Shown here in pieces: positions 1-9,510 of a DNA stretch of 64,000 nt. Every line of letters starts with the position of its first letter. Position 1 is the stretch's first letter. The notes below the pieces were generated by a model. That model did no database searches. It was not told the DNA's origin and saw only the letters and a list, made by a program, of their open reading frames with translations. This DNA is from a virus (taxonomy: Duplodnaviria; Caudoviricetes), in the IMG/VR virus record IMGVR_UViG_2934543808_000001, positions 32,001 to 96,000 of that record; one strand, 5' to 3'. The translations under genes were made by a program, and so were the position numbers.

Positions 1-7
1 CCGCCCG

Positions 8-310
8 GTGGCCCGGATGCTCGACAACGGCCAGACCCTCGAAGTCACCCGCACGGCCACGGACGGCACGGTCAACGCGAACTCGCTCTTGGACGGCGCA
101 GCGTGGCGCGCGGCGAAGGCCCTCGGCTACACGCGGCTCGTCACGTACACGCAGGCCGGGGAGAGCGGGGCGAGCCTGCGCGGCGCCGGGTGGCGGGTCA
201 TCGCGCAGCGGGCACCGCGACGGGGCTGGAGCTGCCCGAGCCGCCCCCGGGAGTCCCACGGCACGGACCGGATCGCCCGGACGCTGTGGGAAGCCCCAGC
301 AGTCTCCTGA
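8..310 (+). CDS. XF1762-family (Mom/GNAT-like) protein, 5' end probably before the window
   Basis: Motifs LEVTR-x-ATDG and GAAWRAAKALGY-x-RLVTYT..ESGASLRGAGW. Confidence 0.65.
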   Translation: MARMLDNGQTLEVTRTATDGTVNANSLLDGAAWRAAKALGYTRLVTYTQAGESGASLRGAGWRVIAQRAPRRGWSCPSRPRESHGTDRIARTLWEAPAVS

Positions 311-456
311 GTCCCACCAGCCACGAAAACGTCAAGTAACGCCGTCGAAGACCGTTCTTCGCCACGAGCGGACTGAGGGAGCAGACAGCAACGGCCCGCG
401 CGCCACCCGGCGCGCGGGCCTTCCTCGTTCCAGATGACCCGGGAGGTCAGACCACC

Positions 457-849
457 GTGTTCGCAACCATCTTCATCCTGCTGTACGCCGCGCACCTGGT
501 GTCCGACTACACGCTCCAGACGGATTGGCAGTCGGAGCACAAGGCGCTGCGGACCCTGGCCGGCTGGTGGGCCAACCTGTCCCACGCCGGTACGCACGTC
601 GCCGTGTCGGCGCTCGCCCTCGGCGCCGGGAAGGCGCTGCTCGACCTGCTGCTGACGTGGCCGGACGTGACGGGCGTCCTCGTGTGGGTGGGCTTCTCGC
701 ACGGCCTGATCGATCGCCGCTGGCCGATCCAGTGGTGGATGGAGCACACCGGCAGCCGCTCGTTCTTCCAGCGCGGCGGGGCGCCGCTGGTCGACCAGAC
801 CGCTCACGTCACCGCGCTGGTGATCGCCGCTCTGGGGGCCGCCGCGTGA
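457..849 (+). CDS. DUF3307-family membrane protein
   Basis: AHLVSDY-x-LQTDWQ, SHGLID and DQTAH motifs; hydrophobic helices; GGAGG RBS. Confidence 0.75.
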   Translation: MFATIFILLYAAHLVSDYTLQTDWQSEHKALRTLAGWWANLSHAGTHVAVSALALGAGKALLDLLLTWPDVTGVLVWVGFSHGLIDRRWPIQWWMEHTGSRSFFQRGGAPLVDQTAHVTALVIAALGAAA

Positions 850-1205
850 CGGGCGGGGCGCAGCGCCCGGTACTCGGCGATCAGCTCGGCCACCTCGGCG
901 CCGGTGAACCCGTCGGCCTCCTCCAGGGCGGCGTCCGGGATCGGCTCGTCGGCCGGGTAGCCGAGGGCGGGGCGGCCCGCGAGGTGCCCGCACAGGGCGT
1001 CCAGGCGGTCAAGGAGCGCCGCTCGGCGGGCCTGCTCGGGGTTCAGCGACCGCAGCCACCAGTAGCGCTCATGGGGCAGCTCACCGATGCGCGGGGGGAG
1101 GGCCCGGCGGATCGTGTCGGCACGCTCGGCCAGCGCGTTCCACACGGGCAGCCGCAGCGCAGCGACCAGCGTCGCCGGGTCGGCTTCGACGGTCGTGGCG
1201 GTCAT
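804..1205 (-). CDS. Hypothetical protein
   Basis: ORF from MTATTVEAD, protein-like composition. Confidence 0.55.
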   Translation of the reverse strand: MTATTVEADPATLVAALRLPVWNALAERADTIRRALPPRIGELPHERYWWLRSLNPEQARRAALLDRLDALCGHLAGRPALGYPADEPIPDAALEEADGFTGAEVAELIAEYRALRPARHAAAPRAAITSAVT

Positions 1206-1294
1206 GCTCTTCACCGTCGCACCCGGCACTGACAATGCGCCGCGCCCCGTACGCGGAGGTCCGTCGTACGGGGCGCGGCGTTGCTGCGGGCGGC

Positions 1295-1609
1295 TCAGCC
1301 CTCGGCGCCGCCGAAGAGTCCGCCGGTCGTGCCGCCGTTGCCGCCGCCGCTGTCGTCGCCCGGCGGCGGCGTGGGGGAGACGGGCGGCGGGCTGGACGGC
1401 TCGGGCTGCGTCGGGCCGGCTGTGGGCTCCGGGTCGGGCTCGCACTCCGGGTCGAAGATGTTGCAGCTCGCCGTCGGCGACGGCTCGGGCGCGGGGGCCT
1501 CGGGGTCTCCGGTGAACACGGCGAACGCGGCCAGGACGGCGCCGACGACGATCAGGGCGACGCCGACGGCCAGGGCGCCGAACCGGCGACGGGACGGGCT
1601 ATCGGACAT
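1295..1609 (-). CDS. Small membrane-anchored Pro/Gly-rich protein
   Basis: N-terminal TM helix; GAGGAAGG RBS. Confidence 0.6.
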   Translation of the reverse strand: MSDSPSRRRFGALAVGVALIVVGAVLAAFAVFTGDPEAPAPEPSPTASCNIFDPECEPDPEPTAGPTQPEPSSPPPVSPTPPPGDDSGGGNGGTTGGLFGGAEG

Positions 1610-1681
1610 GGGGGGGCCTTCCTCTCGGGGACGAATCCGCGGGAGGGTGGCCCACCCGAACAGCTTGTGACCCGGGCTCGA

Positions 1682-2092
1682 TCAGCGCCGGACGGACGGC
1701 GCCCTCACGGCGGGCGGCGCGGCCGGAGCCTTGGGCGCGGCGGGCGCCTTCGCGGCCGGGGCCTTCGGTGCGGCCGGGGCCTTCGGCTGCTTCGCCGTAC
1801 CGCCGCCCGGCTTCTTCGGGGACGTCGTCTTGCCCGAGCCGCCCGGCACGGCCGCGTGCCCGGTGCCGACGCCGGGCGCAGCACCAGCTCCGGCCGGGGC
1901 GTGCAGCACACACGGCCGGGCGCCGGAGGCCACGATGTCCACCGCCCCGGACCGGGAGGCCGGGCAGGTCGGCAAGCTGTCGTCGTCATCGTCCGTGAGC
2001 AGGCTCAGCGAGAACAGCAGGGCGAACGTGAACAGGGCGGCGGATATGGCGACCGTCAGGCGGTGGCGGTCGACGGGGCGGTGCGGCTTCAC
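1682..2092 (-). CDS. Membrane-anchored protein with PAAPKA-rich tail
   Basis: GTG start after GAAAGG; TM segment; Lys/Ala/Pro repeats. Confidence 0.55.
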   Translation of the reverse strand: MKPHRPVDRHRLTVAISAALFTFALLFSLSLLTDDDDDSLPTCPASRSGAVDIVASGARPCVLHAPAGAGAAPGVGTGHAAVPGGSGKTTSPKKPGGGTAKQPKAPAAPKAPAAKAPAAPKAPAAPPAVRAPSVRR

Positions 2093-2120
2093 GGAGGGGC
2101 CTTTCAGCGGATGGGGCGGG

Positions 2121-2582
2121 TCAGGGGAGGGGCTGGACGTAGGGGTCGCCAGCGCCGTGGTGGGGGTTGCCGGGGAAGTGGCCCCACTTGTCGGAGACGA
2201 CGACTTGCCACACCGGCGCGCCGGGGGCGACGCCTTCGAGGCGGCCGGTGTCCTGCACGAGGCGCAGCCGGGCCGCGTACCCGTCGACCAAGACGTCGTC
2301 CTCCAGCTCCAGGCCCTCGAACGGGGCGCGGAAGTGCCGGGCAAGGTGATCGGCGGTGTGCACGATCAGGGAGTGGGCCAGCTTCAGCGGCAGGCCGAAC
2401 GCGGCCACCTCGTACCCGTAGCGGGGCCGGTCGGCCAAGCCGAGGGAGTACGCGAACGGCGGTTCGTCGCTGTTCGGGTTGTGCACCCAGATGACGCTGC
2501 TGTCCTCGGGGAGCAGCGGGAACGCCGGTTCCCGCAGCCGCCAGTTGGTGTTGTCGTCGTAGACGTCGTGGCTGATGCTCAC
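2121..2582 (-). CDS. DUF4262-like protein
   Basis: PPFAYSLGL..E-x-AAFGL and WQVVVSD-x-WG-x-FP motifs. Confidence 0.6.
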   Translation of the reverse strand: MSISHDVYDDNTNWRLREPAFPLLPEDSSVIWVHNPNSDEPPFAYSLGLADRPRYGYEVAAFGLPLKLAHSLIVHTADHLARHFRAPFEGLELEDDVLVDGYAARLRLVQDTGRLEGVAPGAPVWQVVVSDKWGHFPGNPHHGAGDPYVQPLP

Positions 2583-2908
2583 GCGGTCCTCCGTACGGGA
2601 ACGGGGCGCGGCCGGGGCTGCGGCACCCGGGCCGGCTGCGGGGCAGGGGTGGCGAGCACGCGCGTGGACACGTCCGTCATCCAGGCCCGGAACGCCTCCG
2701 GCGCCCGGTAGCCGGCCCGCTCCACCAGCGGCCACACCTGGGCGGCCGTGGCGATCCCGAGCAGTGCGTTCGGCGAGGCGGGGAGCAGCGGGCCGGGCGG
2801 GAACCGCACGCCCAGGGCGGCGGCCACGTCCCGGACGAACCACACGGGCTCGCCGCCCCGCACACGCACCCGCACCGGGGCGTGGTCGTAGTGGAAGACG
2901 CGGGTCAC
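2579..2908 (-). CDS. BRO-N domain (antirepressor-like) protein
   Basis: F-x-Y...VRV...GEPVWFVRDVAAALG...FRAWM; GGAGGT RBS. Confidence 0.65.
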   Translation of the reverse strand: MTRVFHYDHAPVRVRVRGGEPVWFVRDVAAALGVRFPPGPLLPASPNALLGIATAAQVWPLVERAGYRAPEAFRAWMTDVSTRVLATPAPQPARVPQPRPRPVPVRRTA

Positions 2909-3009
2909 AGGGGGAACCTCCAGGTGGTTCGGTGCCGTCGCGTAGACGGAGTGGGGGGCCGGAACCGTTACACCCCGCCGCAGCGGCGCGGCGGGGCGCA
3001 GCGGCGGGC

Positions 3010-3312
3010 TCAGGGCGCGGTGGGCGGGAGCGTGAACCCTTCGGCCTCCAGCCGCCGGACGAGGTCTTCCAGGTCGGCGCCGTCTCCCTCGGTCGCCTCG
3101 GTGACGGTCTCGGCGATGATCCGGAGGATGCGTTCGTGCGGCTCCGGCGGGGCGACGGGCCAGGACATCTCGCCGATGGGCTCGCGGATGTACCGGCCGA
3201 TGATGACGGCGTGGTGGTCCGTGTCCGGGCCGTGCGGCTCCAGGCCGCACGTGACGTCGATGCCCTCTTCCTCTTCACGGCCGGGCGCGCCGCACACGTT
3301 CTTGGCGCTCAC
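3010..3312 (-). CDS. Hypothetical protein
   Basis: GTGA overlap with the upstream gene's stop. Confidence 0.5.
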   Translation of the reverse strand: MSAKNVCGAPGREEEEGIDVTCGLEPHGPDTDHHAVIIGRYIREPIGEMSWPVAPPEPHERILRIIAETVTEATEGDGADLEDLVRRLEAEGFTLPPTAP

Positions 3313-3890
3313 GTCAGCGACCACTTTCCGGAGCGCTCGAACTCGCCGGTGGTGAGGTCCACGATCAGGTGGTCACCGTGGGACGGCCAGTCGGCGCGGG
3401 AGTAGTCGGCCAGCAGGTCACGGAACCGCTCGTCCAGGGCGGCGTACTCCGGGTCCGCGCCCTCTTCGTCCTCCTCCGTGAAGTCGGAGAACGGCGTCAC
3501 CGTGCCGTCCGTGTCGTGGAGGTAGACGGTGTCCTCGCTCCAGAACACGCCCTCGTCGTAGTTCGGGTCGGTGACGAACTCGACCCGGGCGGCGGGCGTC
3601 TTCTCCCCTTCCACGAACAGGGCGCGCAGCACTTCCAGCAGCTCCCCCTTGATGCGCCGGTCTCCTTCAACGACCAGGGCGTTGCCGAGGGTGTACAGCT
3701 CGTCCCGGCTCCAGTGCGCGACCAGGGCCCGCACGCGCTCCGCGTCGGCGAAGAACGCGGCGTCCAGGCGTACCTGGGTCACGGTGGAGGCGGACGGGTC
3801 GAGGCGGGGGGCGGCGGCCGGCTCAGGGGCAGCCGTGCCGGGCGTGCGGGTCACGCCGACGTCGATGGTGTCGCCGGGGTACAGGTTCAC
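3309..3890 (-). CDS. Acidic hypothetical protein
   Basis: GGAAGGA RBS; operon context. Confidence 0.65.
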   Translation of the reverse strand: MNLYPGDTIDVGVTRTPGTAAPEPAAAPRLDPSASTVTQVRLDAAFFADAERVRALVAHWSRDELYTLGNALVVEGDRRIKGELLEVLRALFVEGEKTPAARVEFVTDPNYDEGVFWSEDTVYLHDTDGTVTPFSDFTEEDEEGADPEYAALDERFRDLLADYSRADWPSHGDHLIVDLTTGEFERSGKWSLT

Positions 3891-3950
3891 GGGGGTCCTT
3901 CCAGGGGCGGGGGCCGCCCGGCGCGCGCCGGGCGGCGTACGGCGGTCGGG

Positions 3951-4784
3951 TCAGGCGAAGTTGGCGCGGATGATCGCGGCGATGTCCTCGCCGACGGCGC
4001 GCAGCTCGTACGGGTGGGAGGGCGCGCCGTTGGGGAGGTCGACGGTGACCCGCTTGCCGTCGGGGTCGTCGTGGAGCGCGACCACCAGGTCGTCGTACTC
4101 GTCCACGAACACGCGCAGCGTCGGGACGCCGGGGCCCCAGAGCTTCCCGTACGAGCCGATGTACCCGGACTCGGAGCCCCAGCCCTCCCCGAGGACGGTC
4201 GCGGCCTCCACGGCGTACTCGCTGACGGTGTACGTGTACTCGGTGCTGCGCGTGACCTCGGCCGGCTCGGTGAACGGGGAGGGGATGACGACGCGGAGGA
4301 CGTCACCGACCTGCGGCCGGTCGAAGTCGCCGAGCTCCACCAGGGCCTCAGAGACGAACGACCGCTCGAAGTCCTCGCCGTACGTCTGCCCCTTGGGGGA
4401 GTCGGTGAAGTAGGCGGTGGTGTCCCAGGTGGCCCACGCCGGGCCGTCGTCGTACTCGGTGGTGACGCGGAAGCTGATCGCGGCCGGGCGGCGCACCTTC
4501 GGCCGGTCATCGAACCACTCGGTCAGCGCGGCGCGGAGGTCTTCCAGGAGGGTGCCGTACTTGTACCGGGGCGGGGTGACGTCCTTGGTCCACAGGCGCG
4601 CCTCGTGGCAGCCGCCGCACGCCGTGAGGTCGAGGGTGTTCAGCTCCTTGCAGACGCAGCGCCACACCAGGCCCGTGAAGGGCCCGAGGTCGGTGAGGGC
4701 GTGCTGCTGGGAGAGGAACGCGGCGCTCATCAGGCGGCCGAAGACCTTGGCGGCGAAGTTGCGCGGCATGGTCGCGGAGTACAT
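3951..4784 (-). CDS. Hypothetical protein with CxC..CxxC Zn-ribbon
   Basis: WRCVCKELN..ACGGC; GAAGGGA RBS. Confidence 0.65.
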   Translation of the reverse strand: MYSATMPRNFAAKVFGRLMSAAFLSQQHALTDLGPFTGLVWRCVCKELNTLDLTACGGCHEARLWTKDVTPPRYKYGTLLEDLRAALTEWFDDRPKVRRPAAISFRVTTEYDDGPAWATWDTTAYFTDSPKGQTYGEDFERSFVSEALVELGDFDRPQVGDVLRVVIPSPFTEPAEVTRSTEYTYTVSEYAVEAATVLGEGWGSESGYIGSYGKLWGPGVPTLRVFVDEYDDLVVALHDDPDGKRVTVDLPNGAPSHPYELRAVGEDIAAIIRANFA

Positions 4785-4841
4785 GGGGGTCCCTTCGGTG
4801 GGCCGCCCGGCGCGGTGCCGGGCGGCAAGGTGGAGCGGTGG

Positions 4842-5408
4842 TCAGGAGGTCAGTGCGAGGGGCGCAGCGGCGTCGAGGGCGGGCGCTCCGGCGGTGATCG
4901 CGGGCGCCTCGGGGGCGGCGGCCTGGTGCTCGGCCTGCTCGCGGCGCAGGTCGTTGTACGCGCCCCACTCCGGTATCCCGGGGTGCGACTCGTCGGCGAT
5001 GAACAGCACGTCCGGCGCCTGGTCGTCCGGGTCGTTCCAACCGCGCTGCTCCTCGTACCACTCGCGCCAGAACGGCAGGGTCACGAGGGTGCGGCGGGCG
5101 TCGTCCAGGTCGCTGCCGCAGACGACGAAGGAGTACGGCTTCTCTCCGTCGTGCCGCTCCGGGCCCGCCCAGGTGAGCGTGAACGGCGTCCCCGGGACGG
5201 GCGGCCCGGCCAGCTTCCGCAGGTGCGCGGCGAGCCGGAGGAGGAAGTCCTCGGACTCCAGGGCGTTGCTGAACCGGGTGTCGGCGTACCCCTCGCGCTG
5301 CTCGTCGTTCTCGAACTCGGAGAGCTGTTCGGCGTGAGTGGCGGTCAGGCGGTCGCACCGGGCGAGCCATGTGTGGATCTCGCCGATGAAGTCGATGGTG
5401 TCGTTCAT
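4842..5408 (-). CDS. Hypothetical protein
   Basis: GGAG RBS; protein-like ORF. Confidence 0.65.
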   Translation of the reverse strand: MNDTIDFIGEIHTWLARCDRLTATHAEQLSEFENDEQREGYADTRFSNALESEDFLLRLAAHLRKLAGPPVPGTPFTLTWAGPERHDGEKPYSFVVCGSDLDDARRTLVTLPFWREWYEEQRGWNDPDDQAPDVLFIADESHPGIPEWGAYNDLRREQAEHQAAAPEAPAITAGAPALDAAAPLALTS

Positions 5409-5484
5409 GCTCCGGGGCTTTCTGCGGGGGCCGCGCCCCGGGCCGGCTGAGGGGCACCGGGGCGCGGCGGGAGGGGAGGGGGGG

Positions 5485-5703
5485 TCAGTTGGCGGCCGGG
5501 TAGACCGGGGTGACGTCGGGCTGCTCGGCGGCGTAGTCCCGCTCGGCGCGGTGAAGGATCTGCTCGGCGTCGTCGGGGGCGAACAGGAGCAGCACGTCCG
5601 TCACGAGGTCGCTGGCCTGCCACGTCTCGGGCTCGTTCGCCTCGGCGGGCCCGCACGCGGCCACGTACGTGGTGAGCGCGGCTTGCGCGCCGGTGGCGTT
5701 CAC
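5485..5703 (-). CDS. Small hypothetical protein
   Basis: GTGA coupling with the upstream gene. Confidence 0.55.
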   Translation of the reverse strand: MNATGAQAALTTYVAACGPAEANEPETWQASDLVTDVLLLFAPDDAEQILHRAERDYAAEQPDVTPVYPAAN

Positions 5704-6128
5704 GCCGTGGCTCCGGCGGCGAGCCGGTCCGCGTGGTCTCCGGCCTTCTCGGCGTACTTCGTGAGGGGGCAGCGGGGCGAGCCGTACGCCCACATGTCCC
5801 TGATCGCCTGCCGGGCCTCCAGTTCGGCGGCCTCCGCCTCCGTGACCTCGGTCTGGGCGAAGACGGCGCGGATCTCGTCCAGGCGGGCCGTCACGGCGCG
5901 GGCGACGCTGCCGAGGAACGGGCCCGACCCGCCGGTGATCTCCCGGAAGCGGTCGTTGGCCAGGTGCATGAACTGGGTGGTCGGCGTGCCGTCGGCGCTC
6001 GTGAGGGTGGCAAGCATCTGGGGCGTGGCGCGGAACAGGTCGCGGGCCATCTCCTTGACGGCGGGGTGCTGGTGCAGGGCGGTGACGTCCGTCAGCTCGA
6101 TGACGGCGGGCGCGGCGATGGAAGACAC
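5700..6128 (-). CDS. Hypothetical protein
   Basis: GGAG RBS; operon context. Confidence 0.6.
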   Translation of the reverse strand: MSSIAAPAVIELTDVTALHQHPAVKEMARDLFRATPQMLATLTSADGTPTTQFMHLANDRFREITGGSGPFLGSVARAVTARLDEIRAVFAQTEVTEAEAAELEARQAIRDMWAYGSPRCPLTKYAEKAGDHADRLAAGATA

Positions 6129-6229
6129 GGGGGCTCCGTTCAGGGGCGTTGCGTGGCGCTGTGCGTTGAGGGCGGGAGGGTGCCGGGCGGGAGCGGCTTA
6201 GGTCGCGCGCTCCCGCCCGGGAGGGGCCG

Positions 6230-7336
6230 TCAGGCGTCGCCGCGAGCGATGGCCTGGAGGTCGGCGAGGCTCAGTTCCGGCAGCGGGCCGTTGGCGGTCG
6301 CGCGCTGGGCGAACTCGAACGCCTCGCGCTCCCGCTCCGGCGTCGGCTCGTACTCCTCGCGCAGCGCTTCGATCGCGGGCGCCTCTTCGGTGAGGAACTG
6401 GAACCAGGCGGCGTGCGGGCCCTCGGTCTCCCAGCGCTTGCGGGCCAGGTGCAGGGCGTGCCCGGCGCTCACGGCGTCGGTGAAGCCGTACCGGGACAGT
6501 CCGGCCCCGTCGAGGCGGCGTTCCACGACGTCCCAGTCGTGCCCGGCGCGGAGCTGGGCGGTGCGCTTCACGGAGACGACGGGCATGTCGGCCCAGCGCT
6601 CCCCGGTGAACGGGGACTTCGTGGCGAAGAGGACCTGCCACCCGCCCGGGTCCTTCTCCAGCACGACGGGCGGCGTGCGGTGGGACTCCTGGCGCAGCAG
6701 GTCACGCGCTTCGGTGACCAGCTCATCCCAGCGGGACAGGCTGAGCTTCCCGGCGGTGGCGAGCCGGTCGAGGTGCGCCCACACCTTGTTGAAGCCCTCC
6801 GGGGTGGCCCACTCGTTGGGGTCGGTCTCCCAGTCGTGCTTGAGGTAGGCGCCCGGCTCCGCGCCGATGTGGTCCCAGATGTCGGCGGGGGAGAAGCGGG
6901 GGCCGCCCTCCGCGATGGTGTCCAGGGCGTTGCGCTGGTAGGCGTCCACGACCGCGAGGGAGGCCGGGTGCAGCGCGGCGAAGATCCGGGCGGCGTCCGC
7001 GTACTGCAAGGTGCGCTCCGCCGGGGACAGCTCCTTGCGGGCGGGGGACTTCTCCGGGGCGGGCGCGGGGGCGGGGCCCTGTGCCGGCTGGCGGGCCTCG
7101 GCGCGCCGCTTCAGCTCGGCGGCGACGCGCTTGCCGACGGTGGTGAGGATGCACCAGTTGAAGCCGCCGTTGCGGTTCTTCACCTCGCGGATGAGCTTCC
7201 GGCGGTGCAGGGCGTTCACGGTGCGGTCGTGGACGGTGTACGGCACGCGCCCGTCCTCGGCGGCGGCGGTGGCGAGGATCGCGTCTCGGGCGTTCTTGTT
7301 GAGGCCCTTGATGATCTCGTTGATGTACGCGGACAC
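6230..7336 (-). CDS. Hypothetical protein with N-terminal winged-helix-like segment
   Basis: TVNALHRRKLI..LTTVGKRVA; GTG start directly behind leader A. Confidence 0.65.
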   Translation of the reverse strand: MSAYINEIIKGLNKNARDAILATAAAEDGRVPYTVHDRTVNALHRRKLIREVKNRNGGFNWCILTTVGKRVAAELKRRAEARQPAQGPAPAPAPEKSPARKELSPAERTLQYADAARIFAALHPASLAVVDAYQRNALDTIAEGGPRFSPADIWDHIGAEPGAYLKHDWETDPNEWATPEGFNKVWAHLDRLATAGKLSLSRWDELVTEARDLLRQESHRTPPVVLEKDPGGWQVLFATKSPFTGERWADMPVVSVKRTAQLRAGHDWDVVERRLDGAGLSRYGFTDAVSAGHALHLARKRWETEGPHAAWFQFLTEEAPAIEALREEYEPTPEREREAFEFAQRATANGPLPELSLADLQAIARGDA

Positions 7337-7340
7337 AGTT

Positions 7341-7399
7341 GTCCCCTTTGGGTTGAGTTCGGAGCGTTTGTTGTCCGGCTCGCTCGTGCCGTCCAACAA
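7341..7399 (-). ncRNA. Structured leader A
   Basis: TTGTTGGACGGC-ACGAGCGA-GCCGGACAACAA-ACGCTCCG..AAAGGGGAC. Confidence 0.7.
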
Positions 7400-7401
7400 G
7401 G

Positions 7402-7432
7402 AAAACTGTACACCATGTCCGCCGATGGTCAA
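7402..7432 (-). promoter_or_regulatory. Promoter (TTGACC-16-TACAGT) overlapped by a GGAC-N4-TGTACA box
   Basis: Same box at 11382, 13250, 13337, 20686, 21633, 40366 and 45318 (inverted); variant at 34336. Confidence 0.6.
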
Positions 7433-8157
7433 CAGGGAACAGCGGCCCCGACTTCACGCAGGTGAGCAGCAGCAGCGCCCCGCGCACCGTCCCGGGACGG
7501 CACGGTCGCACGCCACCCGCACGAGCACGCGGCCACCGACGAACCGTCGTACATCCACCCGCTCTTCACCCCGACCGGGCCACCCGCCCAGCTCCCCCAG
7601 CGGTCCGCCGCACGCGACCAGCCGCGCGGCTCCGACGTCCGGGTCACGTGCCGGGCCTCCGGCGCGCACAGCAGCCGCAGCGCCGCGTCCGCCACGGCGG
7701 CCACCCTGTGTGTGTCCCACTGCTCCCCCTCCAGCCGGGCCGACAGCTCCACCCCGGCGGCCGAGGTGACCGTCAGCCGGCCGTCGGGCCACACCCGCGC
7801 GGACGCCCCGGGCACGCTCCACCCCACCGACCCGTCCGACTGCCGGGGCACCCCGTTGGCGTGGTTCCGGGTCATCCGGGCGACCAGCCGCACCGACCCC
7901 GGGGCCGCGCCCGGGTTCCGGTGGTCGGCCGCGCCCGGGGCGTACTCGGCGAGCGCAGCCAGCCACGCCCCGGCGTACGGGTACGCGGCCGGGCGCAGCG
8001 TCACCAGGGCCGCCCGGTCCCGCCCGTTGCCCGCCAGGACGGCGGCCCGCACGAACTCATGGCCGGGCGCGCCGCCGTACTTCCTCAGCCGCACCGGGCC
8101 GTGCGGCGTCTCGAACTCGGTCGTCTCACGGGGGGCGAGCAGCAACAGGCCGGGCAT
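7429..8157 (-). CDS. Hypothetical protein with C-terminal CxC..H motif
   Basis: GGAGG RBS; ACSCGW..AAAHL. Confidence 0.6.
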   Translation of the reverse strand: MPGLLLLAPRETTEFETPHGPVRLRKYGGAPGHEFVRAAVLAGNGRDRAALVTLRPAAYPYAGAWLAALAEYAPGAADHRNPGAAPGSVRLVARMTRNHANGVPRQSDGSVGWSVPGASARVWPDGRLTVTSAAGVELSARLEGEQWDTHRVAAVADAALRLLCAPEARHVTRTSEPRGWSRAADRWGSWAGGPVGVKSGWMYDGSSVAACSCGWRATVPSRDGARGAAAAHLREVGAAVPC

Positions 8158-8200
8158 GACGGTGTCCTCCAGGGCGACAGGGGTGAGCAGGGGGCGGGGG

Positions 8201-8842
8201 TCAGCAGGGCTGAGGGTGCACGCGCGCACGGGCCCGCTCCAGGACGGCGGCGCGCTGCTCCTCGGGTATGGGCAGGTAGTGAGCGGCGTAGTCGTACGGG
8301 CCGTCCCCCGGGGCCCGGAGCCGGTGAACAACGAGCGCTCCGCCCGGGTACGCGGCCGTCGGCTCGCTGATCTCGAACCGGACGCGGGTGCGGCCCATGC
8401 GGCGGACCCACACGTACGTCGTCCCGTCGTGCTCAGGCACGGCGTAGCGGGCCGGGCCGATGCTCAGCCGGTAGCGGGTGCACGCGGTTGGCACGGCCGG
8501 GTGGTCGTGCTCGCCCTTCCAGTGCCCGCACAGGGCACAGCACGGCGTGCGGGCCGGGCGCTCGCACGGCACGGCACGGAACACAGGGCCGAGGCGCCCG
8601 GGGACCATCCCGCCGATCTGCGGCCACGTGAACGTCACGGCGTCCGTGTCCGGCTCCAGGGCGGCGGCGCCCCCGCAGTGCAGCGCGGAGGCGAGCAGCG
8701 AGCGCACCAGGGCGCCGGAGACCGGGACGGCGGTGGCCGGGCGGTCGGCGTTGCTCAGGGCGTACGCGGTCCGGAAGGCGTCGAGCGGGCGGGCGATGGC
8801 GTACGGGATGGTGGGCAGTGCGACGGCAACGGCGGCGGGCAC
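8201..8842 (-). CDS. Cys/His-containing hypothetical protein (paralog of 14378-14863)
   Basis: GGAG RBS; CxxCxxWxxEH motif. Confidence 0.6.
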   Translation of the reverse strand: MPAAVAVALPTIPYAIARPLDAFRTAYALSNADRPATAVPVSGALVRSLLASALHCGGAAALEPDTDAVTFTWPQIGGMVPGRLGPVFRAVPCERPARTPCCALCGHWKGEHDHPAVPTACTRYRLSIGPARYAVPEHDGTTYVWVRRMGRTRVRFEISEPTAAYPGGALVVHRLRAPGDGPYDYAAHYLPIPEEQRAAVLERARARVHPQPC

Positions 8843-8904
8843 GGTGGTCTCCGTTCGGGGTTGGGCGCGGGGCGCGGCGGGCGCGCCCCGGGCCGGCTGA
8901 GGGG

Positions 8905-9414
8905 TCAGGGTTCTTCGCGGCGCAGCGTGACGCGGTGGGCTTCCTCGCGGCCCTGGTCGTACAGCTCGATCAGGCCGTCCGGGAAGTGCGTGGTGGTGGA
9001 CAGCCGGTACTCGGCGGCGCCGAGGGCGTACGCGGCCTGTCCGGCGGTGTGCGGCGCGTCGTCGGCACCCCAGACGGCCCACGGCCACATACCGCCGAGG
9101 AGGTACCGGCCGTGCGCGTCCGGCACCACGATGACCATGCGGCCCAACGCGTCGTAGTCGTCGGTCCACTGGAGCGTCAGGGTGCCGTCGGCGGCGAACG
9201 CGTAGCTCATGCACAGGTCGTCGCGGGCGACGTCGGCGGCGACCTGGGCGACGGTCTCCCTGGTGAACAGGTGCGGGGTGTCGTCGAACCACAGGGACGT
9301 GATGGGCAGTCCGACGTACGGGCCGAGTCCGGTCTCCGCGATGGTGAAGAGCTGGATGCTCAGGCGCGTTCCGTCCTCGTACGTGGCGTGCGGCATGGGC
9401 GGGATGCTGGTCAT
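8905..9414 (-). CDS. Hypothetical protein
   Basis: GGAAGGA RBS. Confidence 0.6.
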   Translation of the reverse strand: MTSIPPMPHATYEDGTRLSIQLFTIAETGLGPYVGLPITSLWFDDTPHLFTRETVAQVAADVARDDLCMSYAFAADGTLTLQWTDDYDALGRMVIVVPDAHGRYLLGGMWPWAVWGADDAPHTAGQAAYALGAAEYRLSTTTHFPDGLIELYDQGREEAHRVTLRREEP

Positions 9415-9510
9415 GACGTGTCGGTTCCTTCCGGATGGCGGGGAGGGTGCCAGAGGGCGGGGGCTTGCGGCCCGGGGCGCGGCGGTCACGCCCCGGGCCG
9501 GCTGCGGGAC

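Noticed and set aside
7341-7399. Leader as guanidine-II or guanidine-III riboswitch (ACGA-containing loop)
   Set aside because: It has a single 8-nt loop rather than twin ACGR tetraloops, lacks the ykkC-III consensus as I recall it, and has no guanidine-related downstream genes. Rfam should still be checked.
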